From Lentimicrobiaceae bacterium (lineage in GTDB: Bacteria > Bacteroidota > Bacteroidia > Bacteroidales > WCHB1-69), in assembly GCA_009787485.1 (NCBI GenBank), contig WQWP01000003.1:1-42075 (forward strand): a stretch of DNA of 42,075 nt, in the 5' to 3' direction. How positions within the stretch are numbered: position 1 is the stretch's first letter; each line of letters starts with the position of its first letter. A model generated the notes under the pieces. The model worked only from the letters and a program-made list of their open reading frames with translations, was not told the origin of the DNA and did no database searches. Below are positions 34,558 to 42,075 of this stretch, piece by piece. Made by a program: the position numbers and the translations under genes.

Positions 34558-35478
34558 ATGAAAATAGGACTCATTGGTTGCGGATACCTCGGGAAAATTC
34601 ATGCTAAATGCATAAAAGAGATAAAAAAATTAGATTTAGTGGGTGTTTACGACATTAATTTGGAATCAGCGGAAGAAACTGCAGAAAAATTCTTCACTAC
34701 TGCATATTTTGACTTGCAGGCATTAATTGACAATTGCGATGTGGTGGACATTGTAGCCACCACCACCGATCATTACGAATTAGCAAAAGCAGCCATCATT
34801 TCCGGAAAACATTGCTTTATAGAGAAACCGCTGACGGCAACAGTGGATGAAGCTGTAAAATTGATTGAACTCGCTGAAAGACACAATGTTATTGCTCAAG
34901 TGGGACATGTGGAACGGTACAGCCCTGCTTTTATCGCTGCTTTGCCGCATCTCTCCAAGCCGTTTTTTATAGAAGCGCAGCGTTTATGCAAATTTAACCC
35001 ACGCGGCGCTGATGTTTCTGTAGTGCACGATTTAATGATTCACGATATTGACTTGGTATTGTCCATTATGCAAAGTGAAATTGTTGACATTCAAGCTATT
35101 GGTTATAAATTTATCACCGACACTTTAGATTTTGCAAATGCCAGACTGCTGTTTGCCAATGGCGGTGTTGTCCATATTACCGCGAGCAGAATTGCTGCCC
35201 AGCCTGTACGAAAAATGTGCATTTTTCAAGAAAAAAATTACCTGACTGTAGATTTTCAAGAAAAAAAAGTAGAAATGATTGAATTTGAAAATCGCCAAAC
35301 TTTTGCTACCGAAATTCCTATCGTAGAGCATAATGCTATTGTAGAAGAATTGTCGGATTTTGTTCAGGCTGTTGAACATCAAAGATTGCCCAAAGTTAGC
35401 ATGAATGATGGGTTGAATGCTTTACGTATTGCTGATAAAGTGGTTACTAAAATTCTTCAACAAAAATTAAAAATGTAA
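34558..35478 (+). CDS. Gfo/Idh/MocA family oxidoreductase
   Basis: GCGYLG, IEKP, VGHVER, DLMIHDID. Confidence 0.93.
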   Translation: MKIGLIGCGYLGKIHAKCIKEIKKLDLVGVYDINLESAEETAEKFFTTAYFDLQALIDNCDVVDIVATTTDHYELAKAAIISGKHCFIEKPLTATVDEAVKLIELAERHNVIAQVGHVERYSPAFIAALPHLSKPFFIEAQRLCKFNPRGADVSVVHDLMIHDIDLVLSIMQSEIVDIQAIGYKFITDTLDFANARLLFANGGVVHITASRIAAQPVRKMCIFQEKNYLTVDFQEKKVEMIEFENRQTFATEIPIVEHNAIVEELSDFVQAVEHQRLPKVSMNDGLNALRIADKVVTKILQQKLKM

Positions 35479-35485
35479 AATAATA

Positions 35486-35507
35486 GCGCCTAAAAGGCGT
35501 TTTTTTT
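35486..35507 (+). terminator. Intrinsic terminator
   Basis: GCGCCT-AAA-AGGCGT followed by a T run. Confidence 0.6.
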
Positions 35508-35510
35508 GAC

Positions 35511-36458
35511 ATGAAAAAATGCTACTTTTTAATTTTTTTATCCATCATTGTCTTTCTGAATTTTTCATGTGTAAGACCAAATCTTACGCCTGCTTATCTT
35601 TTCTTACATATTGAAGATTTTCAAGATTGTATAGATGTTTCAAACCTTCATGATAGAGGTTATTCTCAAGATGAACTGGATATTATTAAACATCAGAATT
35701 TTAAAGATGCTTTGGTGAGTTTAAACGGGCAACAAACAGGATTCTGGAACTTAGAGTGGCCTGATCAACGACCATGCACAATTCCGCTTTTGCCCGATTA
35801 TGAGAAGACGAATTATATTCTGATTGTTCCTTGTGCAAGAATTGTTAGTATGACCTTAACTACAGTTCCCTATCATTTTTTAATATCTATGCCTGAAGAA
35901 CATTTATTTGATATGGAAGAAAGAGGTGAATACAAACTGTCTAATCTTAAATTTCAATATCGGCCGGCTGTTGATTTTCCTGTACGGGAAACTTTTGTGC
36001 AAAGTACTCGTTTTGAATCCATTGATACTGCTCATGGTGCCCCTTTGAATATTTTGCCGGTAGAAGTAGAGGGAGTGCAAAAATCGGTGGGAAAGGTTGA
36101 CCTAAATAGTTCATTACCATACTTTAATATAGCCACCGAGTATTTTTCGTTGCCTGGACAAGGCGTTCGACAGTTTTGGGAAATATATTATCAGAGTGAT
36201 CATGGAGAAATGACAACCTATCTTAATTTTAGAAATAGCCCTATGGGAATTTTCGATAAAGACATGGCTGTTTTTCCTTCGTCAGGTGGAGTTTGGAAAA
36301 AAGCTTATATTGAACTTACGGACGAAATATCTGATGCGGCCGGCTATCTTACAAATATATCTGTTCGTTTAGGTATTAGAGGAAACTTAAACAAAAATGC
36401 CCCAAATGCTTATTTCCATTTAGGTCATATAAAAGTAATTACGATGCCCTCATATTAA
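35511..36458 (+). CDS. Hypothetical lipoprotein
   Basis: Signal peptide ending NFSC; WKKAYIEL motif. Confidence 0.75.
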   Translation: MKKCYFLIFLSIIVFLNFSCVRPNLTPAYLFLHIEDFQDCIDVSNLHDRGYSQDELDIIKHQNFKDALVSLNGQQTGFWNLEWPDQRPCTIPLLPDYEKTNYILIVPCARIVSMTLTTVPYHFLISMPEEHLFDMEERGEYKLSNLKFQYRPAVDFPVRETFVQSTRFESIDTAHGAPLNILPVEVEGVQKSVGKVDLNSSLPYFNIATEYFSLPGQGVRQFWEIYYQSDHGEMTTYLNFRNSPMGIFDKDMAVFPSSGGVWKKAYIELTDEISDAAGYLTNISVRLGIRGNLNKNAPNAYFHLGHIKVITMPSY

Positions 36459-36468
36459 AACGCGATTT

Positions 36469-37890
36469 ATGGATAAAACTCGAAAACTCTTTTTCTACGT
36501 TCTTTTCGATATTCTATCAGCTGCTCTTACATGGGTTATCTTTTTTATCTATCGAAAATATAATGTAGATCGCGCTGTTTTCGACCATTTTACAGCATCT
36601 GTGCTTCAAGACTCAATGCTTTATGTAGGGTTGGTGGCGCTGCCTGCTTATTGGCTCTTTTTGCACACTTTCATTGGCGCCTATACCAATCCTTATAGAA
36701 AATCGCGCCTTCGTGAGTTGGAAATTACACTATTAGCTACTTTCTTTGGAACTTTACTATTCTTTTTTGTCTTTATTCTTGATGATGTGGTAAATACGCC
36801 TTTCGACTACATTAAATACTTTTTCATCTTGTTGTTTTTGCAATTTTTCCTTACGTATATTCCTCGTGTGCTGATTACTACCATTACCATTAACAAAATT
36901 AACAGCGGAAAAGTAGGATTTAAAACCTTAGTGATTGGAAGCGATATGATCGCGTTGCATGTTTACCAAAATATCATTAAACAAACGCCATACGTTGAAA
37001 AATATATTGTAGGATATGTACGAGTGCCCGATGAGCAAGATGAATCTATTGCAAGTAAACTTCCTTGTTTGGGAACGCTTTCGGATTTACCGGCTATTGT
37101 AAAAGAGCATCAGATTAATGAATTAATTGTGGCTATTCAAAATGGAAAACGAAAGTTGATTGAAACGATTATTACATCAATTGGAGATAATCGGGATTTG
37201 ATGCTGAAAATTATTCCGCAGTCGCAAGATTATTTAATGGGAAGTGTGAAAATTTCTGCAATTTTGCAAGAGCCGCTGATTTCCGTACCTACAAAGGATT
37301 TCCCTGTTTGGCAACATTTTATAAAGAGATTTTTGGATATTACCGTATCTGCTTTGGCTATTATCGTGCTGCTTCCACTCTATATTTTCTGTGCGATTGG
37401 TGTAAAGTTGTCTTCAAAAGGTACGATTTTTTATTTACAAGAACGAATAGGTTTGAATGGTAAACCCTTCCAAATCATTAAGTTTCGTTCTATGGTGGCA
37501 GATGCGGAAACGGGAACTCCGCTGTTATCGAGCAAAGATGATCCGAGAATTACAAAATTCGGACACTTTATGCGCAAAACACGTTTGGATGAAACTCCGC
37601 AATTTTTGAATGTTTTGTTGGGAAATATGTCCTTAGTAGGTCCGCGACCGGAACGTCAATTTTATATAGATCAAATTGTTAAAGTAGCTCCACACTACAA
37701 ATTGTTGCTTACAGTGAAACCCGGCATGACCTCGTGGGGACAAGTAAAATTCGGCTACGCAGAAAACATTGACGAGATGGTAGAGCGGTTAAAATGGGAT
37801 ATTCTTTACTTAGATAATATGTCGCTCCAAACCGACATTAAGATATTAATATATACCGCGTTAATTGTAATTAAAGGAACCGGAAAGTAA
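36469..37890 (+). CDS. Initiating sugar transferase (polyprenyl glycosylphosphotransferase)
   Basis: Transmembrane N-terminus; KRFLD, KFRSM, RLDETPQ, MSLVGPRPE, VKPGMT. Confidence 0.93.
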   Translation: MDKTRKLFFYVLFDILSAALTWVIFFIYRKYNVDRAVFDHFTASVLQDSMLYVGLVALPAYWLFLHTFIGAYTNPYRKSRLRELEITLLATFFGTLLFFFVFILDDVVNTPFDYIKYFFILLFLQFFLTYIPRVLITTITINKINSGKVGFKTLVIGSDMIALHVYQNIIKQTPYVEKYIVGYVRVPDEQDESIASKLPCLGTLSDLPAIVKEHQINELIVAIQNGKRKLIETIITSIGDNRDLMLKIIPQSQDYLMGSVKISAILQEPLISVPTKDFPVWQHFIKRFLDITVSALAIIVLLPLYIFCAIGVKLSSKGTIFYLQERIGLNGKPFQIIKFRSMVADAETGTPLLSSKDDPRITKFGHFMRKTRLDETPQFLNVLLGNMSLVGPRPERQFYIDQIVKVAPHYKLLLTVKPGMTSWGQVKFGYAENIDEMVERLKWDILYLDNMSLQTDIKILIYTALIVIKGTGK

Positions 37891-37891
37891 A

Positions 37892-38602
37892 ATGCCCTAT
37901 TTTTTTCAGGAAAATTTATCTCAAGATTTATTTACGCTTTCTTCGGAAGAATCGAAGCATATTATAAAATCTATGCGCCTGAAAGAGGGCGATTTTATTT
38001 GGGTAACCGATGGGAAAGGCACGTTAGCAAAAGCAGCATTAACCAATACATTTAGAGATGGTTGCGAGGTAAAAATTGTGGAGCGTATTTTCCATGACAT
38101 TTCTTCACTAAAAAAATTACATCTCGCCGTAGCCCCCACAAAAAACCCGGACAGAATGGAGTGGTTAGTGGAAAAAGCGGTGGAAATTGGCGTATCGCAA
38201 ATTACTTTTGTTACTTGCGACAGATCTGAAAGAAAGCATGTCGATTTAAACCGATTATATCGAATTGCAATTGCCGCATTAAAACAATCTCAAGGAACGT
38301 GGTTGCCGGAATTAAAAATGCACTCTTTTGTACAATTTGTAAATGAAAGTAACCTATTAAATGCAGCTAAATTTATTGCGTATTGCGATGATAAAGAGAA
38401 ATCTACGGAAGTTTCTCATATTAAATTTCAACATAAAGAGGCTGTATTTTTAATTGGGCCTGAAGGCGATTTTACACCTCAGGAAGTACTTTTTGCAGAA
38501 AAAACCGGTTTTCAGCCTATTTCTCTCGGCAAAAAAACATTGCGCACGGAAACGGCGGCACTTTTTGTAGCGTGTTGGTTTTCGGCGAATACAAACAACT
38601 AA
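37892..38602 (+). CDS. rsmE: 16S rRNA m3U1498 methyltransferase
   Basis: HIIKSMR, EKAVEIG, IGPEGDF, LRTETA. Confidence 0.95.
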   Translation: MPYFFQENLSQDLFTLSSEESKHIIKSMRLKEGDFIWVTDGKGTLAKAALTNTFRDGCEVKIVERIFHDISSLKKLHLAVAPTKNPDRMEWLVEKAVEIGVSQITFVTCDRSERKHVDLNRLYRIAIAALKQSQGTWLPELKMHSFVQFVNESNLLNAAKFIAYCDDKEKSTEVSHIKFQHKEAVFLIGPEGDFTPQEVLFAEKTGFQPISLGKKTLRTETAALFVACWFSANTNN

Positions 38603-39003
38603 ACCGTCAGCTTAATCCCTGAAATCTCCTTCCCCAATTCATTTAACGTTTTTTCAATTTTTGCTACCTGTTTTTGAGAGATATACTCCCCACCTCTGTA
38701 GCGGCGCATTAAAGAGCCATTCATCTTTGCTTTTTTTGCAAATTTAGTAACGTTTATCCAATCGAAATAATTAAAAAAAGAAGCGATATCGTATTTATAT
38801 TCAAAAGCAATGTTTTGCAACTCCTTTGGTAATTCTTCATTATTATCTATATAAGACTCATTCACTTCTTTCACAGAGTTTTCAAAATCGGCTTTAGCTT
38901 CTTCAACGGTATTTCCAATACCAATAATAAAGCTATTTACTTTTGGCGTAAAAATAGTGTACATACCATCTTTCCCTTTTTCTATTAATGCAATAGTTTT
39001 CAT
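38599..39003 (-). CDS. hicB: HicB-family antitoxin
   Basis: IEKGKDG...GNTVEEAKADF; INVTKFAKKAKMN HTH-like C-terminus; downstream of hicA. Confidence 0.8.
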   Translation of the reverse strand: MKTIALIEKGKDGMYTIFTPKVNSFIIGIGNTVEEAKADFENSVKEVNESYIDNNEELPKELQNIAFEYKYDIASFFNYFDWINVTKFAKKAKMNGSLMRRYRGGEYISQKQVAKIEKTLNELGKEISGIKLTV

Positions 39004-39045
39004 TTTTTAATATTTTTGGTTATTATCTTTTTTGTAAGTTGTACT

Positions 39046-39228
39046 TTAAAATCCTACTTGTTTTTTCAATCTATTATATGCATCTTTAGGGACTTCTTGC
39101 GACTTATGCCTCCCTATTAAAATGGGAAATTCTTTTTCACTGTGCCGATAAATGTCATGATTTGAGCCATTTCTCTGCAAGTACCATCCATTTTCTTCTA
39201 CAATTTTTCTAATTTCTGACCATTTCAT
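39046..39228 (-). CDS. hicA: HicA-family toxin (60 aa)
   Basis: MKWSE...GWYLQRNGSNHDIYRH...RHKSQEV; TATATTTG promoter box at 39260-39267 on the minus strand. Confidence 0.88.
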   Translation of the reverse strand: MKWSEIRKIVEENGWYLQRNGSNHDIYRHSEKEFPILIGRHKSQEVPKDAYNRLKKQVGF

Positions 39229-39330
39229 AATTACTTTATTTCTCGTGAATATTACGCGGCAAATATAGCACAAATTCGTTACATATTATTCAAATAAAAA
39301 AATATTTCATCTTTGCAGCCCAAAACAAAT

Positions 39331-42075
39331 ATGATGAAGAACGATATTTTAAACTCCCAACACCCTATTTACAAAATTGTTGGAAAAGTAGCAGAAGAAA
39401 AGAAACTCGCCGCTTTTGCCGTTGGCGGCGTAGTGCGCGACCTGTTTTTAAACCGTTTTTCAAAAGATATTGACATTTTGGTGCTGGGAAGCGGCATAGA
39501 ATTGGCACAAGCGGTAGCCCACGAGATTTCACCTACGTTAGAAGTGAATGTTTTTAAAAACTTCGGCACCGCGCAGTTTGTTTTTGAAGGCGCCGCTATT
39601 GAGTTTGTGGGCGCAAGAAAAGAATCGTACGACTTTAACTCCCGCAAACCTACCGTAGAAAACGGCACATTAGAAGACGACCTCTCGCGCCGCGATTTTA
39701 CGATAAACGCCATGGCAATAGGAATTTCCGGCGAAAAAACCGGCGAATTGATAGACTTATTCAACGGCTTTGATGACCTGCAAGCCAAAATACTACGCAC
39801 ACCGTTAGATCCCGACATTACCTTTTCTGACGACCCTTTGCGCATGATGCGCGCCGTGCGATTCGCTTCACAATTGAACTTTACCATTGAGCCGAAAACG
39901 TTGGCAGCCATCAAACGCAACGCGCATCGTTTGGAAATTATATCGAAAGAAAGAATTATGGATGAGTTTAACAAAATATTGCTCTCCAAAAAACCTTCGG
40001 TGGGCATTCAGTTATGTGAAGAAACCGGACTGTTGGTGCAGTTCCTTCCGGAATTGCCCGCCCTGAAAGGCGCAGAGGTAATGGATGGCAGAGGTCACAA
40101 AGAGAACTATTTACACACATTGCAAGTGGTGGACAAAATTGCCATGGTTTCACCGAACTTATGGCTGTTGTGGGCTGCCTTGCTGCACGATATCGCCAAG
40201 CCGGTTACCAAAAAATATGATGAAAAAGTGGGTTGGTCGTTCCATGGGCACGAATATATCGGCTCTAAAATGGTGAAAAGTATCTTTAACCGTTTAAAAA
40301 TGCCTACCAACGAAAAAATGCGCTACGTTCAAAAAATGGTGGCGTTGCACCTGCGCCCTATTGCTTTGGTAGAAGATGAAATTACCGATTCTGCCGTTCG
40401 GCGTTTACTGTTTGATGCCGGCGATGATGTGGATGACCTCATGTTGCTTTGCGAAGCCGATGTTACCTCAAAAAATCCGGAAAAGATAAAACGTTGCTTG
40501 GAAAATTTTGCCCACGTGCGCACAAAACTCAAAGAAATAGAAGAAAAAGACCGTTTGCGCAATTGGCAGCCGCCCATTACCGGCGAGTTGATTATGCAAA
40601 CTTTTCAACTGTCGCCAAGCCGTGAGGTCGGCATCATTAAAGACGCTATCCGCGAAGCCATCTTAGACGGAATTATACCCAACGAATTTAGCGCCGCATA
40701 TAACATGATGTTGGAAGAAGGGAAAAAATTGAAGCTAAAAGGAGAAAATAGAAAGGAGAAGGGAAAAATATCCCCTTCAAATTTTGAAGGGGTGCCCGAA
40801 GGGCGGGGTAGTTTATATAAAAATAGAGAATGGAGAAAAACGCCTCCTCCCGTTCATGAAATTACTTCCTGTTCATTGCAAGCGCCTCAAAACTATTTGA
40901 TATCGAAAGAGATTCCGCTCTATCTTTTTCAAAATCCCAATTTAGATTTGATTCATATTCTTATCAAAGTGAAGGCGGGCGCTCTGTACGAGCCGGTAAA
41001 ATTTGCCGCACATGCCACCTATCAACTTCTAAAAGAAAGCCATACAAAATTCTCCGCCACCGAGATGGACGATTTTTTAGCTTGCCATGGTATATCATGG
41101 AAAACGTATATCCATACTCAACACATTGCCATTCAATGGATAATTCCAAAAAGAAATATGGACAAGGCACTGCCCATACTTTGGGAAGCCTTATCCAACC
41201 CCTGTTTTAGAAATGAGGATTTGCAATGTTTTAAAGAATCAAAAATCAAAGATTTAGAATACAATACTGCAAAATTCAACTATCGCGCCACGCAACTGAT
41301 GTTTGCTGAAATGTTTCCCTCCGATACTTCAATCGGAACTATTTTGACGAAAGAGTATATTGAAGTTTTAACTGTAGAACAGCTGCAAGAGTATCATCAA
41401 CAAACGTTTACGGAAAATAATATTCGGGTTTTTGTAACGGGAAATATGGAGGATGAGGTGATGAGACGATGTGGTGATGAGATGATGAAAAGGGAGAAAG
41501 GAGAAGGGGGAAAGGAGAAGGGAGATAAGCTGGGGATTGCGGGTCAAGCCCGCAATGACGGTCAAAAATCCCCTTCAAATTTTGAAGGGGTGTCCGGCGA
41601 AGCCGGACGGGGTAGTTTATATAAAAATAAAAAACTAATCATTGAACCCCGTGAAGGCGCCCTCCAATCCTCCTTCATCCTCTGCAAAAAAAACATCGCC
41701 TACACCCACGAAGACCGGCGCAACTTTGAAATACTAAGCACTTTATATGGAGGCTACTTCGGTTCTCGCCTCATGCAAAACCTTCGCGAAGAAAACGGCT
41801 ATACTTACGGCGTTTTTTGCAACAGCCTCTTTTATGAAAACGAATCCATTTTTTATATCGAAGCCGATGTCGTAGTAGAAAAAACAAAAGCCGCTATTAA
41901 TGAGTGTTTTAACGAAATGATGCTGCTACAAAACGAATTAGTGAGCGAGGAAGAACTATCCTTAGTAAAATCCTATCTGCTGGGCGAGTTTCTCCGCGAA
42001 GTGGATGGCTCGGTTTCCTACCAAAAGAAATTCTCCTATTGGAATGAGTTTCAATTGAATGAAACAGAAATGCAG
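39331..42075 (+). CDS. Class II CCA tRNA nucleotidyltransferase with HD domain, continuing in frame into an M16 peptidase-like region; truncated by the window end and missing from the ORF track
   Basis: VGGVVRD...DID, EDDLSRRDFTIN, DDPLRMMR, LLHDIAKP (about 39331-40740); no stop found in manual translation; later GGYFGSRLMQNLREENGYTYG M16 motif. Confidence 0.85.
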   Translation, partial: MMKNDILNSQHPIYKIVGKVAEEKKLAAFAVGGVVRDLFLNRFSKDIDILVLGSGIELAQAVAHEISPTLEVNVFKNFGTAQFVFEGAAIEFVGARKESYDFNSRKPTVENGTLEDDLSRRDFTINAMAIGISGEKTGELIDLFNGFDDLQAKILRTPLDPDITFSDDPLRMMRAVRFASQLNFTIEPKTLAAIKRNAHRLEIISKERIMDEFNKILLSKKPSVGIQLCEETGLLVQFLPELPALKGAEVMDGRGHKENYLHTLQVVDKIAMVSPNLWLLWAALLHDIAKPVTKKYDEKVGWSFHGHEYIGSKMVKSIFNRLKMPTNEKMRYVQKMVALHLRPIALVEDEITDSAVRRLLFDAGDDVDDLMLLCEADVTSKNPEKIKRCLENFAHVRTKLKEIEEKDRLRNWQPPITGELIMQTFQLSPSREVGIIKDAIREAILDGIIPNEFSAAYNMMLEEGKKLKLKGENRKEKGKISPSNFEGVPEGRGSLYKNREWRKTPPPVHEITSCSLQAPQNYLISKEIPLYLFQNPNLDLIHILIKVKAGALYEPVKFAAHATYQLLKESHTKFSATEMDDFLACHGISWKTYIHTQHIAIQWIIPKRNMDKALPILWEALSNPCFRNEDLQCFKESKIKDLEYNTAKFNYRATQLMFAEMFPSDTSIGTILTKEYIEVLTVEQLQEYHQQTFTENNIRVFVTGNMEDEVMRRCGDEMMKREKGEGGKEKGDKLGIAGQARNDGQKSPSNFEGVSGEAGRGSLYKNKKLIIEPREGALQSSFILCKKNIAYTHEDRRNFEILSTLYGGYFGSRLMQNLREENGYTYGVFCNSLFYENESIFYIEADVVVEKTKAAINECFNEMMLLQNELVSEEELSLVKSYLLGEFLREVDGSVSYQKKFSYWNEFQLNETEMQ
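40770..40825 (+). repeat. REP-like palindromic element, copy 1 (in frame)
   Basis: CCCCTTCAAA-T-TTTGAAGGGG hairpin plus GCCC-GAA-GGGC hairpin plus GGGGTAGTTTATATAAAAATA. Confidence 0.85.
41531..41561 (+). repeat. Second-family REP-like palindrome (in frame)
   Basis: ATTGCGGG-TCAAG-CCCGCAAT followed by GAC. Confidence 0.75.
41568..41629 (+). repeat. REP-like palindromic element, copy 2 (in frame)
   Basis: Same as 40770-40825 except the second hairpin is GTCCGGC-GAA-GCCGGAC (6 nt longer). Confidence 0.85.

Noticed and set aside
32646-37890. Capsule or O-antigen locus with an invertible promoter
   Set aside because: Only scattered sugar genes among housekeeping genes; no wzx/wzy, UpxY or inverted-repeat-flanked promoter is seen
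39369-40577. Minus-strand ORFs of 212, 61, 67 and 82 aa
   Set aside because: Antisense to the clearly recognisable CCA-adding enzyme on the + strand

Overview
Bacteroidota (Bacteroidales-like) chromosomal window, judged from T9SS C-terminal domains, TAnnTTTG promoters and an rpmG-DUF4295 pair. Bases 95-7818 are a complete 7.68-kb integrated element in a tRNA(CAT) gene, bounded by a 44-bp attL/attR repeat. It carries a Replicase-like rep, an excisionase-like HTH gene, a tyrosine integrase, two small orphan genes, a 1.4-kb zone of strongly base-paired non-coding sequence and a T9SS surface-protein cargo, but no recognisable relaxase or capsid gene. One orphan starts with a T4-like capsid-targeting-type leader, and the whole element is strongly depleted of RGCY. 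Together these suggest a possible phage-satellite-like system, which is a hypothesis only. The rest is host DNA: an AAA ATPase, a ~3,880-aa modular T9SS adhesin-like protein, tRNA-Glu, rpmG/bL38, obgE, pyrE, an S8 protease, envelope and metabolic genes, and hicAB. The window ends in a CCA-adding enzyme that reads in frame through a palindromic REP-like repeat into an M16-peptidase-like protein. All calls come from manual reading and motif recognition; no searches were run.
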